From the NCBI GenBank assembly GCA_963640535.1, contig CAVHYU010000003.1, positions 56,620 to 120,619 on the forward strand: a DNA stretch of 64,000 bases, given 5' to 3'. The translations under genes were made by a program, and so were the position numbers. Shown here one piece after another: positions 17,969-27,751 of this stretch. This stretch comes from a bacterium (GTDB lineage Bacteria > Bacteroidota > Bacteroidia > Bacteroidales > UBA932). The notes beneath the pieces were generated by a model that was not told where the DNA came from, did not search any database, and was given only the letters and a program-made list of their open reading frames with translations. How positions within the stretch are numbered: the stretch's first letter is position 1; each line of letters begins with the position of its first letter.

Positions 17969-18862
17969 TTAGTCGTCAAGGGATGTCCAGTCGAGGCTGT
18001 CAAGCTGGGATATTCGTCTCAGATAGATTTCTCTCCACCTGTCGGTGTCCACACCATAGGAGTCCTTGAGCCATTTCTTGAGCATTTCCTTTTTCTGACG
18101 GATTTTCGCTCCACCGTCGCTTCCGGCCTGGGCAATCATATCCTCCCATTCCTCTTCGCTCATTGCGATGAGGCGTCCACCTGTCTCCGCGATGTCCTCC
18201 GCGTAAGAAGAACGGGCATAGTTGCTCACAAATCCATACTTGTATGGACTTTCTGTAAGGGAGGAGTAGCGGTCGCCCACATAGTCGCTCGTGGTGATGT
18301 CCTTGTATTCCTCGGGAGCGGTATAGATTCCGTCGAGGATGTGGGTGAACTCGTGGAGCATAGTGCCAGCGATTCGCGTCGCATCTGCGTGATATTCAAA
18401 GAAATTCACTCCGAGGATGTTGATCTGAAGACCGTTCTCGGCGGATGCGAGGGCCGTGGTTCCATTGCTGCTTATCTCGAAACTGCCAACCATAAAAAGG
18501 ACTTTCGGGAAGTACTTTTTCACGAAAAGCGCAGGGTCCTCATCCTCATTGTCGGTGCTCATCATCTCCACCATAGCCTCAAGGGTGGTGAATTTCAGAA
18601 GCTTGGCGATCATAATGGATTTGTCGATGTCAGGAGGAGACACCCAGTAGCTGAAACTGGTCTCGCGGTCCGGCATCCTGTATTCAAACCTGATGTTGTA
18701 CGGCTCGACATAGTTCCTCTGAAGCCACGCATCGAACTCTGTGTAACGCGTCGGTTCATCCTTGAAAATGCTTTCCTCCGGATTGACTTCATCCTTGGTG
18801 CAGGAGACTGCGCCGGAAAGCGTCAACAGAAGTGTCAGGGCTAAAACAATATATCTTTTCAT
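17969..18862 (-). CDS. Substrate-import-associated zinc metallohydrolase lipoprotein (HExxH)
   Basis: Lipobox AVSC; FDAWL-x2-NY-x2-PYNI, AENGLQI, MLHEFTHIL, GFVSNYA, EDIAE. Confidence 0.85.
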   Translation of the reverse strand: MKRYIVLALTLLLTLSGAVSCTKDEVNPEESIFKDEPTRYTEFDAWLQRNYVEPYNIRFEYRMPDRETSFSYWVSPPDIDKSIMIAKLLKFTTLEAMVEMMSTDNEDEDPALFVKKYFPKVLFMVGSFEISSNGTTALASAENGLQINILGVNFFEYHADATRIAGTMLHEFTHILDGIYTAPEEYKDITTSDYVGDRYSSLTESPYKYGFVSNYARSSYAEDIAETGGRLIAMSEEEWEDMIAQAGSDGGAKIRQKKEMLKKWLKDSYGVDTDRWREIYLRRISQLDSLDWTSLDD

Positions 18863-18878
18863 ATTTTTCATTCCTCCT

Positions 18879-20558
18879 TTATTCATATTTTACGAAAGGA
18901 TGGTTCGGACTCTCGGCGTTGTTGCGCGGGTTGGCCTCAAGACCTGCCTTGATACACTCCTGAGGAATCTGGAAGGCGCGGCGAAGGTCATTGTAAGGGA
19001 GAGAGACCGTGGTGGTGTAGCCGGTTGTGGTGGCATCGTCGTAGTAGGTGTCATCGAAGCGGTCGATGGTGATGCCATACCTCTTTACGTCCATCCAGCG
19101 AAGTCCTTCTTCGAGAGAATCAACCCTTCGGCAGAAAAGAAGGCATTGGGTGAAGTACTCCTGGGTGCCGCTCTCTACGCTGAATCCGTGCGGATGGATG
19201 GGTTTGCGGGAAGTAGGGAGAGTCTTCGTGTACTCGGCGATGTAGGCCGAAGAGGCCGGGTCTCCGTAGACTTCCTCAATAAGTTCTTTCGTGAGATGCT
19301 TGATCCCCCTGTTGCCTACTCTGAAAACTGAGCAGTTCCAGGTGTCGAGGTCCTCGGCGGCTTTGTCCCAGTTTTTGAGCTGGATGTAGGCCTCGGCCCT
19401 GTTGAGAAGAACTTCATTGCAGTTGAGCGCGACCATAGTTGAACGGGAGTACCCGGTGCCGGCCACGGCATCGGCGACTTCCCACTGGGAAGGCCATTTA
19501 GGGAAATAGACATTATTCACCTTAAGGTCGCACCAATACATAGGTATCATCCTATAGACATCCTGATAGGAGTCGGTCTTCGAGGTGTCGAATGGTCCGC
19601 CCATAGGTCTTTTGCAACGGAGGGTTTCCATCTTGGCGAGACGGTTCGTGTGGCTGTAGCGCGAGCCGTTTCCGCTCCAGGGATGGAAAAGGCTTCCGTT
19701 CGCGGAATAAAGCGGGATCAGCAGCAGGGTGAACTTGTGGCCAGTATCGATGTAGTCCAATGCCCTCGTGTCATAGCTCCAGGCAAGTTTGCTTGCAGTC
19801 TCCCAGTCGCGAAGCATCTCCGAAGGGTTGCTTCCCAGAACGACGTCCGCTGCGTCAATGGCTTTCTGCCACTGGTTGCTGTAGATGTAGAAACGGGTTG
19901 CGAGGGCGTAGGCGGCCTTCTTGTTGAAGTGGTACTTAGGCACTGTGTAGGCCTCGTCGCTCACAAGCGGAAGAGCCTCCTCGATGTCCGCCTGAATCTT
20001 TTCGTAGTCCTCTTTGAGGGTTCCGCGGCTGTACCGAGGGTTGAGAGTTGTCTCCGGGCGGTCCATATAGGTCACTCCGAGATACTCCCCGGCATATTCA
20101 GGATGGTACGGGAGACAGTAGATCATCGTAAGGCAAAGGTGGGCGTAGGCCCTGCAGAGAAGAGCTTCGGCCTTATATGGAAGGACTTCTTCGGGAGAAC
20201 CCATATTCTCAATGGCCTCCAAAGCCGCGTTGGCGACTGCTATCATATTGTAGTAGCCCTGCCAGGTGTTGACGTTGCTTTCGTTGTCGGCCTCGGTGAT
20301 AGGCTCCCAGGCATAGTTCTGCTCGATGAGAACGGAGGTGTTGTTGTTGGCCTCGTTGTAGAGCTCGCAGTTGTCGGAAGCATACTCGAAATAGCGGACA
20401 TACGTCCTTGAAGAATAGGCGGAAACAAGGAGTTTCTGTATTTTCTCCTTGGTGTCGAGTTCCGCCCTGTTGTCCGGGAGCGTGTCGAGGAACTTGTCGC
20501 AAGCGGAAAGGCTCGCAAGTGCAGCGGCGGTCGCAATAAGCAAATATATCTTTTTCAT
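18879..20558 (-). CDS. RagB/SusD-family nutrient-uptake lipoprotein
   Basis: ACDKFLDTLPDNR, EALLCRAYAH, EVLLNRAEA, EGLRWMDVKRY, FQIP; adjacent to SusC. Confidence 0.92.
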   Translation of the reverse strand: MKKIYLLIATAAALASLSACDKFLDTLPDNRAELDTKEKIQKLLVSAYSSRTYVRYFEYASDNCELYNEANNNTSVLIEQNYAWEPITEADNESNVNTWQGYYNMIAVANAALEAIENMGSPEEVLPYKAEALLCRAYAHLCLTMIYCLPYHPEYAGEYLGVTYMDRPETTLNPRYSRGTLKEDYEKIQADIEEALPLVSDEAYTVPKYHFNKKAAYALATRFYIYSNQWQKAIDAADVVLGSNPSEMLRDWETASKLAWSYDTRALDYIDTGHKFTLLLIPLYSANGSLFHPWSGNGSRYSHTNRLAKMETLRCKRPMGGPFDTSKTDSYQDVYRMIPMYWCDLKVNNVYFPKWPSQWEVADAVAGTGYSRSTMVALNCNEVLLNRAEAYIQLKNWDKAAEDLDTWNCSVFRVGNRGIKHLTKELIEEVYGDPASSAYIAEYTKTLPTSRKPIHPHGFSVESGTQEYFTQCLLFCRRVDSLEEGLRWMDVKRYGITIDRFDDTYYDDATTTGYTTTVSLPYNDLRRAFQIPQECIKAGLEANPRNNAESPNHPFVKYE

Positions 20559-20570
20559 ATCTTCCCAGTC

Positions 20571-23500
20571 TTAAAAGCCGATTTTACAAGTGAGGGTAAC
20601 CTGCTTTGGCATAGGCACTGCCACACCGCCGGCATTGAGGAATTCAGGGTCCTGACCTTCGAGCCTCTTGTCTGAGTAAAGAAGGCAGAGGTTCGTGCCC
20701 TGAAGCTTGAACGCAAGGCTCTTGAGGTGGATTTTCTCCACAGCAGCCCGAGGAAGCTCGTAGCCGAGAGAAACCTCCTTGAGGCGAATGAAGTCGCCCT
20801 TGGCAACTCTCTGGTCGGAGTAGTTGTAGGCATTGTAGGCGATGCTGAGGTTACGGATGCTGCTGTTCTGGCGTGAACTTGCGATGACAGGGACATTGGT
20901 TGTCTTCTCGTCGCCCGGGCTGATGTAGCGGTCCATAAACTCACGCGGCATAGCGGTAAGGTCGCTGTAGCTGCTTGAGAAGATAGGGTCGAGACGCACA
21001 ACGTTTCCGAAGGAGTAGGTGAGGAAGAGGTTCACGGTGAATCCGTAGAACTTGAATATGTTACCGAAACTTCCGGTCATCGTCGGGTCGACAGGGCCTT
21101 CGTACTTGAGGTTGCTGAAATTGTTCATTTCCTGGAACTGGATGTCCGTAGAGGTGATTTCCCCGTCCTTGTTAAGGAAGGTCGGAATACCCATTTCGTC
21201 AAGTCCCATAAAACGAAGAGAGAACATAGAGCCGCGCGGCATACCCTCCATCGAATAACCTGAACCGGTGAGGTAACTGATTACCGTCTGGTAGGTCTTG
21301 AGGTCGGTCACGATGTTGGACATATGCGAGAAGATGAAACTCGATGTCCAGACGAAATTCTTGCGGTCGATGTTTTTCGTCGTGAGAGAAAGCTCCACGC
21401 CGGATGATTTCATCGAAGCGACGTTACCCATCTTGTTCACGACGCCGCCAAGTCCCTGAGTGACAACGTTTCCGATGAGGTCGTAGTTGTTTCGGCGGTA
21501 GGCGTCGAAGGAAAGGAGAATGCGGTCGTTCACAAATCCCAGGTCTGCCCCGACGTTGAACTCGTGCTTTTTCTCATAGGTGAGTTCCGAGTTCTCGATT
21601 GAAGATATATAGAGCGAAGGCTCCATCATATCCGAGTCTCCTCTCCAAGGGGTTGAAGGATAGAAGATTGCAGTGGAATTGTTGACCCACGAAGGTCCTC
21701 TGTCGGCAGTGAGGGAGTAGGACATTCTCACGCTCATACTTGAAAGGGCCGGTTTGAGGCTCTCGAAGAAATCCTCCCTGTCTGCCGACCATTTGCCGGC
21801 GACGTTCCAGGTAGGAAGCCACCTTGCGCTGCGGGCCCTTCCCAAACGATTGGAGCCCTCGTAACGGAATGTTCCGTTAAGAGTGTAGCGGTAGTCGTAT
21901 GAGTAGGAAGCGGTCGTGGCAAAAGCGACATTTCTCTCGTGGGTGTTGCCTATACTATAATAATAGGTATTCTGCTCAAGCTGTTTCTTGAAGAGGTCGA
22001 GGATGTAGAACGGTGTTTCTCCGGCCTCATACTGAAGTCCCCAGCCGGTGAACTGCGAGGTGTGGCGGTCAAGGGAGTTGATTTCCAGAGCAGCGTAAGC
22101 GTTGAGGATGTGCTTGTCGGCGAAAGTCGCGTTGTAGGTTCCTGACGCACGGAAATCCACGCTGAGGGCTGAATAGCTGTTCTTCTTCACGATACCTCCC
22201 TGCGGCAGAACGGAATATTTGTCGGAAGTCGGCTCGTCAGGATTGTCATAAAGGTAAGGGTTGTAGTTGATGATCATCTTCGTGTCCATCGCCCTGTAGG
22301 CCTGCGCCTGATTGGAGCCGTCCTTGATGTTGTGCTCGGTGGATGAAAGCTGATACCTAACTGACCCGAGGGCAGAGAGTTCAAGCCCCTTGACCGGACG
22401 CGCCTTGAGTTCCATCTGGAACTTGGTGTCGAGGACAGAGAGGTCGAGATAATTGTTTGCAAGTTCGTTCTTGATATTGAACGGGGCGTAGTTCATCGTG
22501 TAGTACTCATCCGGGTCGAGAGTACGGGATGTTCGCAGGGCGTAGGAATATGGGTTTATGTCAAAATCCCTTCTGACCTGACCTTCTGAGGCATTGAGTT
22601 CCGATGACAGGGTTCCCGGCGCCCTCTGCTGACGGTAGGATGCGTTACCTATCAAGTTCAGGGTGAGGTAGTCCTTGAAAAGTTTCTGGGAGGTGTTGAA
22701 AAGGGCGGTGTAACGGTTGACCTTGCTCTGGATTGTCCAGCCCGGGTCAACGAGCGCACCGAGAGAGGCATAGTAACTGCCCTTTTCTGAACCGGAAGTG
22801 ATGCTCACGGAGTGGCTGTGCTGGATGCTCGGACGGAAAAGTTCACTGAACCAGTCGGTGTTTCTCATCTCGGCCTCGCGAAGGTATGCCTTGCGCCCTG
22901 CCTCTGTGTTCTCGATTGCATATTTCCCGGTAGTCTGGTCGTATGTATTCATAAGCTGGGACATCTTCATATAGACGCCTCCAGACGAGCCATAGACGCT
23001 GCGGGTAAAGTTGAGCCATCCCTTCTGGTACATCTCTTCATAGACGGACATCTGCTCCTGAGAGTTCATAATGTTGAATTCGGAGTAGGAAGGTACCATC
23101 CTCATAGTGTACTCGCCGTTGTAGTTGACACGGGTCATACCCGGGGTTCCTTTTTTGGTGGTCACGACGATGACGCCGGCCATAGCCCTCGCGCCGTAGA
23201 TGGAAGTTGCGCTACCGTCCTTGAGAATCTGGAAGCTCTCGATGTCGTCGGAGTTAAGTCCTGCGATGGCGGAGCTGATAAGGGTAGTCGCGTCACCGGA
23301 AGAAAGGGAACTTGCGTCCACGTCCACGACATCCTCCATAATCACGCCGTCCACAACCCACAGAGGTTTGGAGTCGCCGTAGATGGAAGTTGCGCCTCTG
23401 ACTCTGATTTTAGGGGCGGCACCGAATGTTCCTGAGACGTTCTGCACGGAAACTCCGGCAGCCTTACCTTCAAGAGAACGGCTGATTTCTCCGATTCCGC

Positions 23501-23894
23501 TCAAGTTCACCTCGGCTGCGGAAAGCTGGTCAGTCGCTCCGGTAAAGAGCCTCTTGTCGGTGGTGGTCATACCGGTTACGACAGCCTCTGAAAGCATCTC
23601 GGTGCTCTCGGAGAGAGTGAAATTCACAACGGCGGCAGCAGGAAGCGTTACAGCGGTGTAACCGAGGCAGGAAGCCTCTATCTTCGCTCCTGAAGGAACC
23701 TTGGAAAGGGAGTAGTTACCGTCAATGTCGGTTACGGTTGCGTTGGACTGGTTTCCCGCGATGGAAACCACAACGCCGGGCAGGGGCTCACCGGAGGAGT
23801 CCTTGACTGTTCCCTTGACAGAGAGGAGAGTCTGCGCCGCGGACGGAATAATCCACAGCAGGGAAAGCAGCGCTATAAGACAAAATCTCTTCAT
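20571..23894 (-). CDS. SusC/RagA-family TonB-dependent transporter
   Basis: GEPLPG N-terminal domain, KIRVRG, PLWVVDG, LKDGSATSIYGARAMAGVIVVTTKKG, C-terminal Phe. Confidence 0.95.
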   Translation of the reverse strand: MKRFCLIALLSLLWIIPSAAQTLLSVKGTVKDSSGEPLPGVVVSIAGNQSNATVTDIDGNYSLSKVPSGAKIEASCLGYTAVTLPAAAVVNFTLSESTEMLSEAVVTGMTTTDKRLFTGATDQLSAAEVNLSGIGEISRSLEGKAAGVSVQNVSGTFGAAPKIRVRGATSIYGDSKPLWVVDGVIMEDVVDVDASSLSSGDATTLISSAIAGLNSDDIESFQILKDGSATSIYGARAMAGVIVVTTKKGTPGMTRVNYNGEYTMRMVPSYSEFNIMNSQEQMSVYEEMYQKGWLNFTRSVYGSSGGVYMKMSQLMNTYDQTTGKYAIENTEAGRKAYLREAEMRNTDWFSELFRPSIQHSHSVSITSGSEKGSYYASLGALVDPGWTIQSKVNRYTALFNTSQKLFKDYLTLNLIGNASYRQQRAPGTLSSELNASEGQVRRDFDINPYSYALRTSRTLDPDEYYTMNYAPFNIKNELANNYLDLSVLDTKFQMELKARPVKGLELSALGSVRYQLSSTEHNIKDGSNQAQAYRAMDTKMIINYNPYLYDNPDEPTSDKYSVLPQGGIVKKNSYSALSVDFRASGTYNATFADKHILNAYAALEINSLDRHTSQFTGWGLQYEAGETPFYILDLFKKQLEQNTYYYSIGNTHERNVAFATTASYSYDYRYTLNGTFRYEGSNRLGRARSARWLPTWNVAGKWSADREDFFESLKPALSSMSVRMSYSLTADRGPSWVNNSTAIFYPSTPWRGDSDMMEPSLYISSIENSELTYEKKHEFNVGADLGFVNDRILLSFDAYRRNNYDLIGNVVTQGLGGVVNKMGNVASMKSSGVELSLTTKNIDRKNFVWTSSFIFSHMSNIVTDLKTYQTVISYLTGSGYSMEGMPRGSMFSLRFMGLDEMGIPTFLNKDGEITSTDIQFQEMNNFSNLKYEGPVDPTMTGSFGNIFKFYGFTVNLFLTYSFGNVVRLDPIFSSSYSDLTAMPREFMDRYISPGDEKTTNVPVIASSRQNSSIRNLSIAYNAYNYSDQRVAKGDFIRLKEVSLGYELPRAAVEKIHLKSLAFKLQGTNLCLLYSDKRLEGQDPEFLNAGGVAVPMPKQVTLTCKIGF

Positions 23895-23904
23895 AACTTA
23901 GGGA

Positions 23905-24999
23905 TTATTCGGTGTATTCCTTTGTAAGGACGAGGTCGGTGTAGGAAACAATCTTCGAAGTGAAGCCGAAGTACTTTCCGGTGCTCCACCAGATGTTGAG
24001 CTGCTTAGGGACATTGGTATTCCCGAGCTCCGCCTTCATAAATGAGAGAGTGATTGTGTGGGAGCTCTCGTCAAATACAGGCTCCGCATCCCAAGCGGCT
24101 GCTCCTACACTTGAAAATATGAACCAACCGGACGGACTGTTCGTAGTGGAGCCGTTGTAATGGATTGAGTAATATTTATTTGCTGCAGAGTCTATGCTGA
24201 AGCCCTGGATGCCGATGCGCACCTTTCCGTCAACAAATTCCGCGGTGAAAGGCCTGTCGGCGAGTTCACCCTTCTGGATTGCCACTGAGAAGGACTCGAG
24301 CGGAGACTGAGCGGAGAAGACGAAATCGCTCTTGTCGGCTGTGTCGTCAATGTTCTTTGCGACTTTCCAGGTGCCGAGAAGGTAGTACCAGTCGCTCTTT
24401 TTCTGGAGATTGAGAGTCACATAAACCGGGTCAATGCTCTTGTCGGAAGGGGTGATGACCGCCCTGCCGGTGTAGGCCTTGCGGCCTTGAGCGCGGTTAA
24501 CGGAGAATGTAACTCCGCTTTCGCCCTTGGTGGCTGAGAAAATGTTGTCCGGGTTCTCCTGGATTGAGACAGTGTAGTCCGAGGTGCAGTGCACAAGGGA
24601 GAGGACGGAAGTCTCGGAGTCAGAAAGATTGACCGTGGTGGTACTGAGCACAATGCCGCTGAAAGCTGCCTGGGTGATGGTAATATCCACTGAAGGCACA
24701 CCCTCTGCGCTGACGGTGATGACCGCGCTCCTCGGGGAGTCACCGGTGTAGGAGAACACATTGAAGAGAACTGCGGAATTTGCCACGCTCACCCTAAGCC
24801 AGTCAGGATTGGACGATGTGGCGGTAAGGGAGGCGCCGCCGCACTCAAACTGCGCGGTTCCAAGGCCACCTTCGGAAGTAAATTCCGTTGCTGTTACGCT
24901 TTTCAGTTCAAGGACAGCCTGTGCCTCCTCCTTATTGCAGGAAGACGCTGCGATGAGCGCGACGGCTGCCACAGTAAAAATGTGGAAAATCCTTTTCAT
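23905..24999 (-). CDS. BACON-domain lipoprotein
   Basis: Lipobox ASSC; DWLRVS...PRSAVITVS...ITITQAA BACON-like pattern. Confidence 0.7.
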   Translation of the reverse strand: MKRIFHIFTVAAVALIAASSCNKEEAQAVLELKSVTATEFTSEGGLGTAQFECGGASLTATSSNPDWLRVSVANSAVLFNVFSYTGDSPRSAVITVSAEGVPSVDITITQAAFSGIVLSTTTVNLSDSETSVLSLVHCTSDYTVSIQENPDNIFSATKGESGVTFSVNRAQGRKAYTGRAVITPSDKSIDPVYVTLNLQKKSDWYYLLGTWKVAKNIDDTADKSDFVFSAQSPLESFSVAIQKGELADRPFTAEFVDGKVRIGIQGFSIDSAANKYYSIHYNGSTTNSPSGWFIFSSVGAAAWDAEPVFDESSHTITLSFMKAELGNTNVPKQLNIWWSTGKYFGFTSKIVSYTDLVLTKEYTE

Positions 25000-25013
25000 A
25001 TAGGGTGATGAAT

Positions 25014-27581
25014 TTATTTTATGTATTCTATGGTAACTTGTGAATCAGTCAGTTTCTTGTGGGTGCCGTCTATTACGATGTGAAGATAGACAAACTGGTA
25101 GGTTTCGCCTTTTTTCGCCTTCACATCCACCGGAATCTCCACGACAGGGTTATCCTTGCTGATTTCGATGCCGATGTCGTCCTTTTTGAAGCGGACCCAT
25201 CCGCCGGCGTTGACCTGAACGAGTTTGAGTTTCACAGGGTCTTCGCCCCTGCGCCAGGTAAACTTCAGACCCTTTATAAGAGGATAGTCCTCAGGGGTAA
25301 TCATCCTTATTATACGCGTGGAACCCTCCTCCATCTCAAATGAAGTCCAGCCAGGAAGACAATCCGGAGTCTGGGCGATGTCGGAAAAGTTCTTCACCAG
25401 GTCCTTAGCCTCGCTGACGATGTCAGTGCAGCGGGTAAAGTCGGAAACTCCCCTGCCCTGCTCGGCAAAGGTATATTCCCAGGCATCGAAATCAAACGGC
25501 TTTCCCTCTTTCTTCGCATCGAAGAAGTGGTTCCAGCGCGGGATGTAGTAGTCGCGGATGAGACCGGACCACATTCTGCAGGCGTAGTCATCAAGTCCGT
25601 CCGGTTTGCGGCCGTTGCCCCAGATGGTGATAAGACGGCGCGCATTGGTCTCGTAATGGTCTTTCTCTTCATCAGTTGTGCCCCAGTCGCGTGCGAAGCC
25701 AATCCAACGGTCAAGCCTTGTGACAGGGTTTTCGTTGAAAAGACGGTCGGCACGAAGAAGGAGGTCGCGGAAACGTCCTTCGAGAGCCTCTGCAGTGGCA
25801 TTGTCCCCGCAAAGATATGCCGTATTTATCTGGTCAATGAGAACCTCAGCCTTTCCGAAAGCGTAGAAGCCGCTCCACAGAGCGAGGTCCCTCATATATT
25901 CAGGATTGCCGGAGAGTTCATCTGAGGCGCTGATGAATGCCTCGAGACCTTCGAAATACTCCGGGCTCACGATGTAGCGTCCGCCAAGACCGTAGAAAGG
26001 CTGTTTCTGAATGCGGTACTGAGCCCTGCTGGAGCAGATTCCGTGGGTTGTCTTCAGCATCTTGTCCCAGAAGGTAAGAAGTTTCTCGGGGCAGGAGCCG
26101 TAGCGGTTGAGAGTGTAGTTCTTGAGCCACTGGTGAATATCCTTGTGGGATGTGCTCCAGGCGGCATCGGCGAGAATTTCGTAGATGACTTCGTTGTTCT
26201 CCACTCCCTCAGGGGCAGAGCCGTAGCCCACCAGATTTCCTTTATTGTCTGAACCCAGAGCCTTGAGGTGACCGTTGAGGTAGAAGTCAAGCGCACCGAT
26301 CGGGCAGGTTCTTCCGCCGAAGTTCGGCACGGTGCTGTAGATCCACTGCTTGCCGAAAAGTCCCTTGGCGTAGTTCCAGGTGTATTCGTTCTCCCAGATT
26401 CCGTAGTTGAAGTCAACGCTGAGGTCAAGAATCATCATCTTGTCATCAGGAATCCCTGAGAAAAGCGCCTTGATGCACTCTGCCGGCCAGAGGTACCTCT
26501 GATAGCCGAACATCCAGCCCTGAAGTACCCAGGTGGCGTCAGGGTTCGCTGCAGCGATGGACTGGTAGAGAGCTTTTCCGTAGGATGCGACTTGAGCGAG
26601 ACGCTCTTCGGAGCCCACAGGAGCAAAAGGAAGTTTCATCTCGTTGAAGCTGTCTGCGAGGTAGAACTCACCCTTTCCGAACTCCTTCTCCCATTCCTCG
26701 ATATACATCGAGGCAATCTTCTGATAAATCTCGGTTTCCGGAAGTATAAAATTGGAAACATAGTAGTCTCCGTCATCCTCCCAACCGGTTTCGATGAGTT
26801 CAGCTTCAGGGCAGACCCGCTTCAGAGCCTCAGGGACAAAACCGGCGAAAGCGTTGTAAATCGGGGACATACCGAGTTCGTTCATCCTGTCCACAATCTT
26901 GTGCGCAAGTTCAATCGTCTGGTCATACCAGCTCTGAGGAACCTGACCGTCGAGTTCTGACATATTTCCCATTCTGAACCACGGAAGATGCGCAGGTCCC
27001 GGGACAAACTTTCCGATTTCTTCGTCTGTCATTCCGAGCTTTTTCCACACGCGGGCGAAGATGGCCTCGCTTCCGATAGGTGCAAGAGGCATATCCACGC
27101 CGTGGAGAGCCATCCTGTCAAGTTCCTTCTCCCACTCATCCCACTTCCAGTAAGGCATAGTGTAGCCGAACGTGCAGACATTCATCCACTGACGGTGGCG
27201 GAACGGGGTTGTGGTGATTTTAAGCGGCTGGTCCTCGAACTTTTTCGGAAGGCGGATGTTGTTCACTGTCCAGGTGTACATTCCGTAGTGGTTTTCGCTG
27301 AGGAAATCATAGAATCCACGGCAAACGGCGCTCGTGGAGCTTCCCTTCACGGTGAGTTTTCCGCCCCGGACCTCAGTGGAGAAATACTCTCCTTCGGCGA
27401 CAGGGCCCGTAACCTCGAATTTAACGTTTTTCGGGAAGTAGCCGATTGTTCTCTCGACAACGCTCTCGGCAGCTTCAGTCGCTTTTTTCAGAGACGGATT
27501 CGTCGCAGCGGAAGACGCTGCAAAAGGTAGCGACATCAGGGCTGAGCAGACCAGAGCGGGCAGTAAAAATTTCATCTTCAT
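25014..27581 (-). CDS. Alpha-N-acetylglucosaminidase, GH89 family
   Basis: NVCTFGYTMPYW, WEKELDRMALHG, PA-x-LPWFRMGN, DSFNE, NFGG, PEGVENN, DYA-x2-WSGLIRDYY. Confidence 0.9.
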   Translation of the reverse strand: MKMKFLLPALVCSALMSLPFAASSAATNPSLKKATEAAESVVERTIGYFPKNVKFEVTGPVAEGEYFSTEVRGGKLTVKGSSTSAVCRGFYDFLSENHYGMYTWTVNNIRLPKKFEDQPLKITTTPFRHRQWMNVCTFGYTMPYWKWDEWEKELDRMALHGVDMPLAPIGSEAIFARVWKKLGMTDEEIGKFVPGPAHLPWFRMGNMSELDGQVPQSWYDQTIELAHKIVDRMNELGMSPIYNAFAGFVPEALKRVCPEAELIETGWEDDGDYYVSNFILPETEIYQKIASMYIEEWEKEFGKGEFYLADSFNEMKLPFAPVGSEERLAQVASYGKALYQSIAAANPDATWVLQGWMFGYQRYLWPAECIKALFSGIPDDKMMILDLSVDFNYGIWENEYTWNYAKGLFGKQWIYSTVPNFGGRTCPIGALDFYLNGHLKALGSDNKGNLVGYGSAPEGVENNEVIYEILADAAWSTSHKDIHQWLKNYTLNRYGSCPEKLLTFWDKMLKTTHGICSSRAQYRIQKQPFYGLGGRYIVSPEYFEGLEAFISASDELSGNPEYMRDLALWSGFYAFGKAEVLIDQINTAYLCGDNATAEALEGRFRDLLLRADRLFNENPVTRLDRWIGFARDWGTTDEEKDHYETNARRLITIWGNGRKPDGLDDYACRMWSGLIRDYYIPRWNHFFDAKKEGKPFDFDAWEYTFAEQGRGVSDFTRCTDIVSEAKDLVKNFSDIAQTPDCLPGWTSFEMEEGSTRIIRMITPEDYPLIKGLKFTWRRGEDPVKLKLVQVNAGGWVRFKKDDIGIEISKDNPVVEIPVDVKAKKGETYQFVYLHIVIDGTHKKLTDSQVTIEYIK

Positions 27582-27751
27582 TATCAGTCAGTATTGTTAG
27601 TTTCCAGCGGTAATTTTTTTGCAATTTATTGTATTGCGCGAGGAAAAACAAGGCATAATAATGAAAATATAAATAGTTTACACAATTATATCATTTGCTA
27701 TCAGCTATTTAGCAAAATAATTGTTGTCTTAAAATACAAATGAAAAATAAA

